Below, piece after piece: positions 28,246-37,269 of a stretch of 64,000 bases of DNA. The notes beneath the pieces are model-generated. The model was given only the letters and a program-made list of their open reading frames with translations. It searched no databases and was not told where the DNA came from. Both the position numbers and the translations under genes were made by a program. Positions within the stretch are counted from its first letter, which is position 1. The number at the start of each line of letters is the position of its first letter. Location of the stretch: contig OY730414.1 of assembly GCA_963422615.1 (NCBI GenBank), positions 372,001-436,000 of the forward strand. The letters are read 5' to 3'. Source of the DNA: Longimicrobiales bacterium (GTDB lineage: Bacteria; Gemmatimonadota; Gemmatimonadetes; Longimicrobiales; Gaopeijiaceae).

Positions 28246-28549
28246 TTGATGTTTGAACTCCCGAGTCGGCTTGGGGGGACACCCGACCGTTAGCATCCCG
28301 GCTTCCCGACAAAGAAGGGCATCCTGTGATCTTCTACTAGCTTACGATCCGTGCACTCCGATCCTACACTGAAAACGGACGGATTATCCACTCATCAAGG
28401 AGTATAGGTCCAATCCTTACGCGTGTACGGGTCCGTCCGGTCGGCGTATCCTGCAAAGCGTCGGCGTTAATCCGGTGGGACGCCGCGTCAACCCTGGACA
28501 TCAATCATACCGCAACCCTGGACCAGGACCTTCTTTGAGGACGTATGCA

Positions 28550-30238
28550 ATGCGACTGCCCCCGCCGCCCCGCTTCGACTTCGCCATTCCCGCGCGTCTC
28601 GGGATCCTCGCCGCGTTCGCCTGGTCGGCGCTACCCATGACTACGGCTGGCCAGCGGCCGACCATGTCGGCTCGTTCTACCGTTTTCGCGCCCAGGGCGG
28701 CCGCGGCAACCAGTCAGCCCTTGGCCACCTCCGCCGCCCTGGAAATCATGGACCGGGGTGGCAACGCCGTAGACGCAGCCGTCGCCGCAGCCGCGGTCCT
28801 CAACGTGGTGGAACCCCACATGACGGGGGCGGGAGGAGATGCCTTCGCCATCCTCTGGGAGGCGCAAACGGGCACGCTCGTCGGTCTGGACGCCAGCGGT
28901 CGGAGCGGCAGCGGTCTGACAGTCGCGGCCCTGCGAAGCCGGGGGTACGACCGAGTACCCGGGAGCGGTGCGGAAGCGGTCACGGTTCCGGGTGCGGTCT
29001 CCGGGTGGGCAGCGCTGGTGGATCGGTACGGCAAGCTGGCGCTCGCCCAGGTGCTGGAACCGGCCATTCGCATCGCAGAGGCGGGCTTTCCCGTCACGCC
29101 GGTCATCGCCCGTCAGTGGGCGGCCGCAACCGCCAAACTGGCCGACGACGCGGGGGCCCGAGCCACGTACCTGATTGACGGAAGGCACGCGCCCCAGGCG
29201 GGTGAATGGTTCTCCAACCCGGACTTGGCCCGCTCCTTCCGACGGATCGCCGAAGAGGGCCCCGAGGTCCTGTACGGAGGTTCCTTGGGTAGGGAGCTTG
29301 TGCAGGGTCTCCATGCCCTGGGCGGATTCATTACGATCGAAGACTTGGCCTCCCACGAACCCCGCTGGGTGGAACCGATGAGTACCGACTTTCGGGGCTA
29401 CACCGTGTGGGAATTGCCGCCGGCAGGGCAGGGAATTGCTGCGCTGGAGATGCTCGAACTCCTGGAACCGATGGACCTTGAGGAAATGGGCCACAACTCG
29501 GCCGACTACCTTCACCATCTGATTGAGGCGAAGAAGGTGGCCTTTGCAGACCTTCACCGATATGTATCGGATCCGGAGACCATGGAAATCGACCCTGGCG
29601 CGCTCCTGGATCCCGCATTCGTGGACATTCGCCGTCGACTCATCGACCCGGCGTCCGCGGCGGTCCGGGTCGAGCCCGGACGAGCCGTTACCGACTCGGA
29701 GACCATCTATCTGGCGGTCGCCGACTCGGAGGGGAATATGGTCTCGTTCATCAACTCGGTGTACTCCTCCTTCGGGTCGGGCATCGTCATACCCGGGACC
29801 GGATTCGCCCTCCAGAACCGCGGGGCAGGATTCGTTATGGAAGACGGACACCCGAACCAGGCCGGCCCCGGAAAGCGGCCGTTTCACACCATCATTCCCG
29901 GATTTGTCACCCGGAACGGAGCGCCCTACATGGCCTTCGGGCTCATGGGCGGGTCCATGCAGCCCCAGGGCCACACCCAGCTTCTCCTGAACATGCTCGT
30001 CTTCGGCATGGACCCCCAAGAAGCCGCGGACGCGGCCCGTTTTCGCCACCTGTCGGGTCGACGCGTCGCCGTGGAGCGAATCGACGGTGAAACCACGGCT
30101 GCGCTGACCGCGCGCGGTCACGAAATCGTCGACTGGACCCGCACCGACTTTGGCGGTGCCCAGGTGATCGTGAAGCTACCCCGGGGCTGGGCAGCCGCTT
30201 CCGAGCCCAGGAAAGACGGGCATGCCGCCGGGCACTAA
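28550..30238 (+). CDS. ggt: Gamma-glutamyltransferase
   Basis: GGNAVDAAVA, GAGGDAF, ETIYL nucleophile Thr, LQNRG, KRPFHTIIP and MQPQGH. Signal-peptide-like N-terminus. Confidence 0.95.
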   Translation: MRLPPPPRFDFAIPARLGILAAFAWSALPMTTAGQRPTMSARSTVFAPRAAAATSQPLATSAALEIMDRGGNAVDAAVAAAAVLNVVEPHMTGAGGDAFAILWEAQTGTLVGLDASGRSGSGLTVAALRSRGYDRVPGSGAEAVTVPGAVSGWAALVDRYGKLALAQVLEPAIRIAEAGFPVTPVIARQWAAATAKLADDAGARATYLIDGRHAPQAGEWFSNPDLARSFRRIAEEGPEVLYGGSLGRELVQGLHALGGFITIEDLASHEPRWVEPMSTDFRGYTVWELPPAGQGIAALEMLELLEPMDLEEMGHNSADYLHHLIEAKKVAFADLHRYVSDPETMEIDPGALLDPAFVDIRRRLIDPASAAVRVEPGRAVTDSETIYLAVADSEGNMVSFINSVYSSFGSGIVIPGTGFALQNRGAGFVMEDGHPNQAGPGKRPFHTIIPGFVTRNGAPYMAFGLMGGSMQPQGHTQLLLNMLVFGMDPQEAADAARFRHLSGRRVAVERIDGETTAALTARGHEIVDWTRTDFGGAQVIVKLPRGWAAASEPRKDGHAAGH

Positions 30239-31121
30239 AGGAGAAACGGCACCTCCGGCAGCCCCCACTCCAACCCGCGCAATCGCGGCCGCAGAGGCGA
30301 ATCGTTCATCTCGAACGCCGGCCCGGCCTCGTCCTGCTGCAACCCTGGTCCTCCTCCGAGAAGGGGAGACCGGGCCGGAAATTCTTCTGCTCCGCCGCAA
30401 CCCCACGACCCGGTTCGCCCCTGGCGCGTACGTGTTTCCGGGTGGGGCGGTGGACGCCGGCGACGGCAACGAAGCCCTCCTCCGACGGTGGGACGGACTT
30501 TCCGTCCAGGCGGCCCAGGTCCGGCTGCGGACGGAAACCGGGGAAGAGCCGACCGCCATCGCTTACTATGCGGCCGCCGTGCGAGAGGCCTTCGAAGAGA
30601 CGGGTCTGCTGGTCGGCGGTCCGGCCGGGCTCTCCAACCGATCCGTGCGGCGGGCCCGGAAGTGCCTCCTGGACGGGGTTCGCTCCTTTGCAGAGGTCCT
30701 GGAGGATCTGGACACCCGGCTGGACGGACGCAACCTGGAGTACATTGCCCACTGGGTCACCCCCGTCGCGGCACCCCGGCGCTACGACACCCGTTTCTTC
30801 GCTGCCGAAGTTCCACCCGCCGCCCGGGCCGTCCCCGATGAACGGGAGATGACGGGCGCCGTCTGGCTCACTCCTGCCACCGCCCTGGCCCGGCATCGGG
30901 AAGGCCGACTGCCCATGATCTTCCCCACCGTACGAACCCTGGAAGCACTCCAAGCCCTTGATTCGGTCAGCGAGATCATGGCCTTCTACCGCAACCGCCC
31001 GATCCCCAGGACCCAACCCGAGGTTGTAAGGGCCGCCGACGGCGTCCACCTGCGGATCCCTAGCGCCGGGCGAGTCCCCGACCGGCCCAGGAAAGGAGAA
31101 GACCGACCCCGAGCACCGTAG
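30222..31121 (+). CDS. NUDIX hydrolase (Nudt19-like)
   Basis: RPAATLVLLR, YVFPGG, AAVREAFEETG and HWVTP..RRYDTRFF. Start uncertain. Confidence 0.88.
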   Translation: MPPGTKGETAPPAAPTPTRAIAAAEANRSSRTPARPRPAATLVLLREGETGPEILLLRRNPTTRFAPGAYVFPGGAVDAGDGNEALLRRWDGLSVQAAQVRLRTETGEEPTAIAYYAAAVREAFEETGLLVGGPAGLSNRSVRRARKCLLDGVRSFAEVLEDLDTRLDGRNLEYIAHWVTPVAAPRRYDTRFFAAEVPPAARAVPDEREMTGAVWLTPATALARHREGRLPMIFPTVRTLEALQALDSVSEIMAFYRNRPIPRTQPEVVRAADGVHLRIPSAGRVPDRPRKGEDRPRAP

Positions 31122-32733
31122 ACGCCCCGATTACATTGTACCAGAGGTATGTGACGGAAGGGGCCCGGAACGCTACGATGGCGACGGTGGCCATGCCTGC
31201 GCACAGTCCAAAGAAAGCACCCCAGCCCCGGGTCCTGGGCACCATGGCCAATAGGAAGACCCCCAGAATCGAACCGTAGAAAAACGAGCCGTAGCGGTTC
31301 ACCACTTCGATCAGGGATCCCAGGGAGGCGGCGTAGGTGGCGACGCCGCAGGCGAAAAGTCCCCAGAAGCAAGTCGTGTACTTCGCCACGGACAGGTAGT
31401 GGGCATCTGAAGCCCGGGGCCGGAACCAGCGCCGGTAGAAGTCGACCACGGTCGCGGTGGACAGGGAATTCAGTTCGGACGAAATGCTAGACATCGCGGC
31501 GGCGATGACGGCGGCGATGAACAGCCCCGAAAGGCCGATCGGAAGCTCACTCAGGACGAACCGGGGCATGATGTAGTTGACGTCCAGAGGAGATTCGCCC
31601 GTCACCTCCTCCGCCAAGGCCAAGGCCTGCCGCCTAACTTCCTGGACCGAGGCTTCCCGGACAAGAAAATCATCCATTGCCGCCCGGGCCGCAGCATCGT
31701 CCAGGGCACCGGCTGTCCGGCGGGCGGCGGCGTCCCGCAACACCAGAGCCCTGCCAAAACGGTCCTGCAACAGCTCGTAATCCTGAGCGCGGTCCTGCAA
31801 TACGGCATTCTCATGAGCCGGATTGTACAGCAGCGGTGGAGCGCTGAACTGATAGTAGACGAAGACCAGAACCCCGACCAGCAAGACCAGAGCCTGCAAG
31901 GGGATCTTCCAATAGGCACTCAACAGCAGCGAACTCCGGGCGGCATCCGTCGACTTCGCGGTCAGGTGGCGCTGTACCTGGCTCTGGTCCGTGCCGAAGT
32001 ACGAAAGCATGAGGAAAGTGCCGGCGATCAGTCCGGACCAAAAGGTGTAGGTTTCGGTCACGGTGAAAGAGAAATCGAACACCTTGAGCCGACCCGTTGC
32101 CCCGGCGATGTGAAGGGCCTCGTCCGGCGAAACAGGCATCCGCACGAGAAGCACGAGGATCACCGCCAGCAGAGCCACGACGATCAGGACCATCTGCTTC
32201 ACATCGGCCCAGGTGACCGCCTGCACGCCTCCGATCATGGTGTAAATGACCGTGGGAATCCCGATGAGCGCCACACTCCAGGGCAGGGACCACCCGAAGA
32301 TGGCCGAGAAAACCACGGCCGGAGCCGAGATGATCACCCCGCACGACATGCCTCGGGAGAGGAGGAACAGGAAGGCACACAGGGAGCGGGTCGGGGCGTT
32401 GAAACGCTGCTCCAGGTACTCGTAAGCCGTGTAGACCCTGGCCTTGCGAAGCAGGGGGATCAGGGTGACCCCCAGAATCACCATGGCCACAGGAAGGCCG
32501 AAGTAGATCTGGATGAAGCGGAGCCCGTCGGTTGCCCCTTGCCCCGTGGTCCCGATGAGAGTTACGGCGGATAGCTGGGTGGCCATGACCGAGAGCCCCA
32601 CGGCCCACCACGGCAAGCTCCGGTTGGCCAGGAAGTACCCTTCGATTTCTTTCGTGCCCTTGGTCCGCCGGACCCCGTCCGTAACGACGTACGCCAAATA
32701 GGCGAGGATGATGACCCAGTTGACGGGATGCAC
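31060..32733 (-). CDS. Sodium:solute symporter
   Basis: YFLANRSLPWW, AYEYLEQRF, GTDQSQVQR and AAAMSSISSELNSL. Confidence 0.93.
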   Translation of the reverse strand: MHPVNWVIILAYLAYVVTDGVRRTKGTKEIEGYFLANRSLPWWAVGLSVMATQLSAVTLIGTTGQGATDGLRFIQIYFGLPVAMVILGVTLIPLLRKARVYTAYEYLEQRFNAPTRSLCAFLFLLSRGMSCGVIISAPAVVFSAIFGWSLPWSVALIGIPTVIYTMIGGVQAVTWADVKQMVLIVVALLAVILVLLVRMPVSPDEALHIAGATGRLKVFDFSFTVTETYTFWSGLIAGTFLMLSYFGTDQSQVQRHLTAKSTDAARSSLLLSAYWKIPLQALVLLVGVLVFVYYQFSAPPLLYNPAHENAVLQDRAQDYELLQDRFGRALVLRDAAARRTAGALDDAAARAAMDDFLVREASVQEVRRQALALAEEVTGESPLDVNYIMPRFVLSELPIGLSGLFIAAVIAAAMSSISSELNSLSTATVVDFYRRWFRPRASDAHYLSVAKYTTCFWGLFACGVATYAASLGSLIEVVNRYGSFFYGSILGVFLLAMVPRTRGWGAFFGLCAGMATVAIVAFRAPSVTYLWYNVIGASTVLGVGLLLSWAGRGLARR

Positions 32734-32748
32734 GTCAGGCCGCCGGCT

Positions 32749-32850
32749 TCATCCGTGGTACCTGGCTTGGAGGATCCACAGGAGGGCCAGGGCCACAACC
32801 TGAATCCCGACCACCCGAAGGAGGATTCGGCGGAACCTACCGCTCATCAT
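32749..32850 (-). CDS. 33-aa single-TM small protein upstream of the symporter
   Basis: Manual translation MMSGRFRRILLRVVGIQVVALALLWILQARYHG*, ending 15 nt before the symporter start. Confidence 0.7.
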   Translation of the reverse strand: MMSGRFRRILLRVVGIQVVALALLWILQARYHG

Positions 32851-32877
32851 GGGCCAATCCGGTTCATACGGTTACCC

Positions 32878-32973
32878 TCAAGTTGAAGAACACGGAGACC
32901 GTGCTTTGGGTAAGTTCCGTGCTGCGGGTAAGTATGGACTATTCTAGAGCAACAACTCAAGTTGACACGTCAA
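32878..32973. promoter_or_regulatory. Repeated motifs in a divergent promoter region
   Basis: CCGTGCTnnGGGTAAGT twice (32899-32915, 32917-32933), TCAAGTTGA twice (32878, 32957), and palindrome TTGACACGTCAA (32962-32973). Confidence 0.45.
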
Positions 32974-33051
32974 GGTGCCACCGGTCCAGGACAGGATCTG
33001 GAAACATTGGCCACCAGCGGAAGACCCCCCAGCTACGTCAGGAGTCACGGC

Positions 33052-33462
33052 ATGCGCGCCCACCGTTCGAAACTCGTCTTGACCCTTTTCGCCAGCCTCA
33101 TGGCATCCATAACGCTGGCCGCCTGCGCCAGCAGCGGCGGGGGCGGGGGATCGGACTCGCCTCGGCGAGACCCCAATCTCATCTCGGCGGAAGAACTGGC
33201 CGAATACGGCACCTACACCGCCATGGACGTGATTCGCCGACTGCGGCCACGCTGGCTCCGAAGCCGCGGAACCTCTTCCTCCGGGACCATCAGCCCCCAA
33301 GTCATTGTGGACGGCGCCAGAATGGGGAGCATTGATTCTCTGAGATCCGTTTCCGTTGCGGACGTGCAGTCCCTGCGCTTCCTGAGCGCTTCCGACGCAA
33401 CGATGCGTTTCGGGACCAACTTTCCCGGTGGCGCGATCGAGGTGACCAGCCGGGCCCGGTAG
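33052..33462 (+). CDS. Small lipoprotein resembling a standalone TonB-receptor plug domain
   Basis: Lipobox LAAC, ISAEEL, DVIRRLRPRWL, VIVDG and ATMRFGT..GGAIEV. Confidence 0.8.
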   Translation: MRAHRSKLVLTLFASLMASITLAACASSGGGGGSDSPRRDPNLISAEELAEYGTYTAMDVIRRLRPRWLRSRGTSSSGTISPQVIVDGARMGSIDSLRSVSVADVQSLRFLSASDATMRFGTNFPGGAIEVTSRAR

Positions 33463-33890
33463 CCGTATCCGGATCCAGGGGCGTTGGTCGGGTCTTCTTC
33501 CAGTGCTTGTACTTCAGGGCCACCGCCCCACTATTCGCCTGGATAGGGTACGCCGCCTAACGACCCAGTGAATGACCGACCCCAGCCCGGGTCATGGCCA
33601 CGGGGTCGGGGGGTCCTTGCAAATCGCCTGGACCTGTTGCCGATCGTGTCCTTAATTCCCGGCAACCTGTGTCCCATTTTGCACGGATTGACAAAAAATA
33701 CGCGGCTCCTCCCCGGAGTTATGTAGACGCGACAGAATCCGGCATCCGCGGAAAAACCTGGTGCGGCTCAACGGAAAAAGCTCATTCTACCGTCTTTGGG
33801 ATCCCGACAAGAAAAAGGCGGCACGGATATTGCTTGTGTTTAGGAGGCGTTCGCAGGGGGTTGTGGACCACAACCGCTAAGGAGGATGCT

Positions 33891-34070
33891 ATCCGCAAGT
33901 TCACCGTTAGTCTCCTGGGTGCGGCTGCTCTCGTGGCAGCGGGTTTCGCCCTCCTCCGACAGGGGATCAACCGATTCGGGCCTATTGAGGCCACGATCAA
34001 CGAAGTTCCGCCGGGGGAGACGGTTCCCGGAAGGGTCAGACTGGAAAAGCTGAGAGAGCTGGGAATCTGA
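33891..34070 (+). CDS. Small membrane-anchored protein, start codon possibly ATC (33891) or TTG (33861)
   Basis: AAGGAGG at 33879-33885, then IRKFTVSLLGAAALVAAGFALLRQG...LEKLRELGI*, followed by a terminator-like hairpin. Confidence 0.55.
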   Translation: MRKFTVSLLGAAALVAAGFALLRQGINRFGPIEATINEVPPGETVPGRVRLEKLRELGI

Positions 34071-34101
34071 TCTGAAAGTCCGGGGTATGCCGACTCAGAA
34101 C

Positions 34102-34138
34102 ACGAGGGGGGATGACCGACAACGGTCACCCCCCTCGT
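34102..34138. terminator. Strong hairpin between convergent genes
   Basis: ACGAGGGGGG-A-TGACCG-ACAA-CGGTCA-CCCCCCTCGT. Confidence 0.65.
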
Positions 34139-34242
34139 TGTCGTTATGAGGGGTCCGGCGGTCTTTTTCGCCGAATGTCGCCGTCGGCCTCTCCGGCCAG
34201 CACTGGGTCGCCTGGGTCGCCCATGGGGGATTCCAGCGCGGG

Positions 34243-34476
34243 CTACTCGAAGTGGACGGCGTTCTTCCTGATGTACTCTTCCCACTCCGGCGGAACATCC
34301 GTATCGGGAAAAATCGCCTGAACGGGACACTCCGGCTCGCACGCGCCGCAGTCGATACACTCGTCAGGATGTATGAAATACTGCTCGTCGGATTCATAGA
34401 TGCAGTCGACCGGACAAACTTCGACGCAACTGGCATCCTTTGTGCTAATGCAGGGTTCAGTGATGATGTATGTCAT
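34243..34476 (-). CDS. Dicluster ferredoxin (FdxA-like)
   Basis: [17 protein letters not shown] and [12 protein letters not shown]. Confidence 0.95.
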   Translation of the reverse strand: MTYIITEPCISTKDASCVEVCPVDCIYESDEQYFIHPDECIDCGACEPECPVQAIFPDTDVPPEWEEYIRKNAVHFE

Positions 34477-34533
34477 TGGTACCTTGTAGTTTCACAGATT
34501 CGAGCCGAGACGACGTCAAGGAAACACTGGGGA

Positions 34534-35487
34534 TCAAGGCTCCGTGTGATCCAGCAGATACGTTCGAAAGTGGTGCCTTGTGACCCGCAAGGCCGCCTTC
34601 AGGCCGGGCGGGGGCGCCTCCATCGGATGCCCGGCATTGAAGGTGTGCCCGGACCCCTCCACCACCTGAAGCTCCGCTGTCCGGCCCGCCGCCGCCAGCG
34701 CCCGGGCTTCCGCTAGGGGCACGGTGACGTCTTCGGGTCCGTGGACCACAAGCCACGGCGCCAGGACCCTGGAGGCGGCCCCAAGGACATCCAGGCGCTT
34801 TCGGTTCTCCCTCAAGTCGTCCCGGAGCGACCGGTACAAGGGCATGTTCTGGCCCGTCCGGGCATTCGCAATGTATGTCACCCCTTGAGCGGTCCATTCC
34901 TCTTCTTGCTCCCGGGTCCAGCGGTAGAATGTGGACACCGCCGCCCAGGTTACCAAGGCGGAAACCGGAGCCGGCCCGAAAGCACAACCCTGGCCGGGCG
35001 TATCGCCGCCCGGTCCGGTTCCGGCCCCCCATTCCGCCGCCGCGATGATGCTGGTGCCCCCACCACGGCTATGCCCCAGGAGGCCGATAGGCCCCGGGCT
35101 TCGGCCTCCGGTCCAGACGCCGGCGGCCAACTGGTCCATCATCCAGCGGAGATCCTCCAGCTCCCGGGTGAGCGTGTTTCTGCCGAACGCATCCAGATCC
35201 ACGAAGTCCAGGAGGCCGGCCCCCGTCCCGTTGAGGGAGAAGTTGAAGGAGACGACCAAGTGGCCGTCTTCCGCCAAGCACTCGCAAAGGTAGGGAAAGA
35301 ACCCCCAGTCCTTGAAGCCCTTGAAGCCATGCGCGACAAGCACCGCCGACGCCGGCTCCCGGTCCCAAGGGCGCCGCACATCGATTCGGATGACATCGCC
35401 GTGGGGCGGCACGGTTTCGCCGCGCTCGTGGTGGATCACAGGGGCCCCATCTCCCTTGCGATCGGGGACTACGGCGGGCCGAGCCAT
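34534..35487 (-). CDS. Alpha/beta hydrolase
   Basis: HGFKGFKDWGFF, GHSRGG, VHGPED and GSGHTF. ATG 35487 chosen. Confidence 0.88.
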   Translation of the reverse strand: MARPAVVPDRKGDGAPVIHHERGETVPPHGDVIRIDVRRPWDREPASAVLVAHGFKGFKDWGFFPYLCECLAEDGHLVVSFNFSLNGTGAGLLDFVDLDAFGRNTLTRELEDLRWMMDQLAAGVWTGGRSPGPIGLLGHSRGGGTSIIAAAEWGAGTGPGGDTPGQGCAFGPAPVSALVTWAAVSTFYRWTREQEEEWTAQGVTYIANARTGQNMPLYRSLRDDLRENRKRLDVLGAASRVLAPWLVVHGPEDVTVPLAEARALAAAGRTAELQVVEGSGHTFNAGHPMEAPPPGLKAALRVTRHHFRTYLLDHTEP

Positions 35488-36026
35488 TCCACGTCCTTCC
35501 AACCGGACCTCTGGTTTTCCAGCCGGGCAGCCGCAAAGAGGTAGTCCGACAGTCGGTTGAGGTATCGGACGACCGACGGAGCCACCTTGGATCGGGCAGC
35601 CAAGGCCACGACCCGTCGTTCCGCTCTCCGGCAAACGGTGCGCGCTGCGTGAAGCCGGCTGGTCCCGGGGCTCCCCGCCGGCAGGATGAAGCGCTTCAGG
35701 GGGAGGGTAGAGGCTTCGGCTTGGTCGATCCACGACTCCATTTCGTGGATGCGCCCGGTGGGAAGCTCGGGGAGGCGGGGGGCGGTGCGGTTCCCTTCCG
35801 GGGGGGATGTAGCCAAGTGCGCCCCCAGGGAGAAGAGGTCGGACTGAACCCGACCCAGGCGGGTACGCGTATCCGGGTCGGTTACGCTGCCGAGGGCGAC
35901 CCCGATCGACGCGTTCAACTCATCGATGGTTCCGTACGCCTCCACCCGCGGATCGTCCTTGCGGATTCGCTGGCCTCCGAACAGGGCCGTGAACCCCTCG
36001 TCACCACGCCTTGTGTAGAGCTTCAC
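35469..36026 (-). CDS. pduO: PduO-type ATP:cob(I)alamin adenosyltransferase
   Basis: KLYTRRGDEG, EAYGTIDELN, RTVCRRAER and YLNRLSD. Confidence 0.95.
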   Translation of the reverse strand: MKLYTRRGDEGFTALFGGQRIRKDDPRVEAYGTIDELNASIGVALGSVTDPDTRTRLGRVQSDLFSLGAHLATSPPEGNRTAPRLPELPTGRIHEMESWIDQAEASTLPLKRFILPAGSPGTSRLHAARTVCRRAERRVVALAARSKVAPSVVRYLNRLSDYLFAAARLENQRSGWKDVEWLGPP

Positions 36027-36280
36027 GGCAACTTCAGCTTCGTGAACTTGCGGATGGTCCTGGCCTTTTCGAGAAGGCTGGGCTCGCTGTCCCGATCGTC
36101 CGAGCCGACGTTCGAGAGGGCTTCTCGAATATCCAACAGCACTTCCAGGAGGACTTGGTCCCGCTGGAAGCCGAAGTCGAGCGCCTCCATACGAGGTCGG
36201 TCCCGATCTTCTTCCGCCTTCGCGAACGCTTCCCGGTACACGTTCTCGAGACTTTGGATGATTTTGGGTCTGGCCCGCAT
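36023..36280 (-). CDS. Hypothetical protein
   Basis: Helical ORF with a 4-nt overlap onto pduO. Start 36280 or 36316. Confidence 0.75.
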   Translation of the reverse strand: MRARPKIIQSLENVYREAFAKAEEDRDRPRMEALDFGFQRDQVLLEVLLDIREALSNVGSDDRDSEPSLLEKARTIRKFTKLKLP

Positions 36281-36441
36281 GGACTTGGCACCGGCTCCGG
36301 TTGTATGGTTATTCAAACCTATCTACAAGGGGCCACCCGTGCTGGTTCCTGGCAGGCATTCTCACCGAACGGCCTCCCCCGGAAAGCACCTGTCGACGAC
36401 GTCGTGTCCCCGTCGGGCACACCCACGACCAAGGAGTACAA

Positions 36442-37269
36442 GTGACGGGCAACCGTGGTTGGCGGAGAGAAAATCAAGCGGGCCTTTCGGCTCCCAAGCG
36501 GGCTGGGTTGAGCGAGGGTAGAGATCCTTCCGGGCTGGTTGGCCTTCTTCGCCCGGCGTTTCTGTCGCTGGCGACTGTCATTGTCGCATCGGGGTGCGGG
36601 GGCAGTGGAGAAGGCCCGGGATCTTCCGCAGGATCCCGCTCCCAGGCCATGCCCGTATCCATGCTGGAAGCAGGGGGGGTTCAATTCCTACCTCCCGCCC
36701 AGGAGTTTACCTTGGACCAGCTCGGCTTCGATTTCGGAGCCGAGGACGCCCCGGTCCACGTCGTGGAGTTCAGTGACTACGGCTGCGGGTATTGCAGGCG
36801 CTTCCATACCGAGATCTTCCCCACCCTGCGGGAGGAGTTCATTGACGCCGGAGTGGTTCGGTGGAAGTACGTGACCTACGTGAGCGGCATGTTCGCGAAC
36901 GGGTTCCCTGCTGCCTACGCCGCCGAGTGCGCCGCCGAGCAGAATCTCTTCACGAAGGTGAGCCGGTCGCTCTACGAACGCCAGGCCGAGTGGAAGCGCT
37001 CCAGCGATCCCTACCCCGTCTTTGAGGCACTGGCGGTCGAAGCCGGAGCGGATTCCGCCGTTTTCCGAACGTGCATACAAGATGAGCGCCCCAAAGCCCG
37101 AATTCGAAGCGGAATTCTTTCGGGGGCGCGTTTGGGGATTCGGGGTACGCCTTCGTTCCTTGTGAACGGCAGACCCCTGGTGGGCGCTCAGCCCATCCCG
37201 GTGTGGAGGGACATCATTCAGGTGGCTGGAACGATTACCGCCGAACCCGGGGACGGCGGCGGCCGGTAG
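36442..37269 (+). CDS. DsbA-family thioredoxin-domain protein, probable lipoprotein
   Basis: VVEFSDYGCGYC, GIRGTPSFLVNG and IVASGC lipobox. AAGGAG precedes GTG 36442. Confidence 0.88.
   Translation: MTGNRGWRRENQAGLSAPKRAGLSEGRDPSGLVGLLRPAFLSLATVIVASGCGGSGEGPGSSAGSRSQAMPVSMLEAGGVQFLPPAQEFTLDQLGFDFGAEDAPVHVVEFSDYGCGYCRRFHTEIFPTLREEFIDAGVVRWKYVTYVSGMFANGFPAAYAAECAAEQNLFTKVSRSLYERQAEWKRSSDPYPVFEALAVEAGADSAVFRTCIQDERPKARIRSGILSGARLGIRGTPSFLVNGRPLVGAQPIPVWRDIIQVAGTITAEPGDGGGR

Noticed and set aside
28246..28549. CIRCE/HAIR operator or SAM riboswitch between lon and ggt
   Set aside because: Only partial matches exist (TTAGCATCC without a second arm; CTCATCAAG without downstream SAM-I elements).
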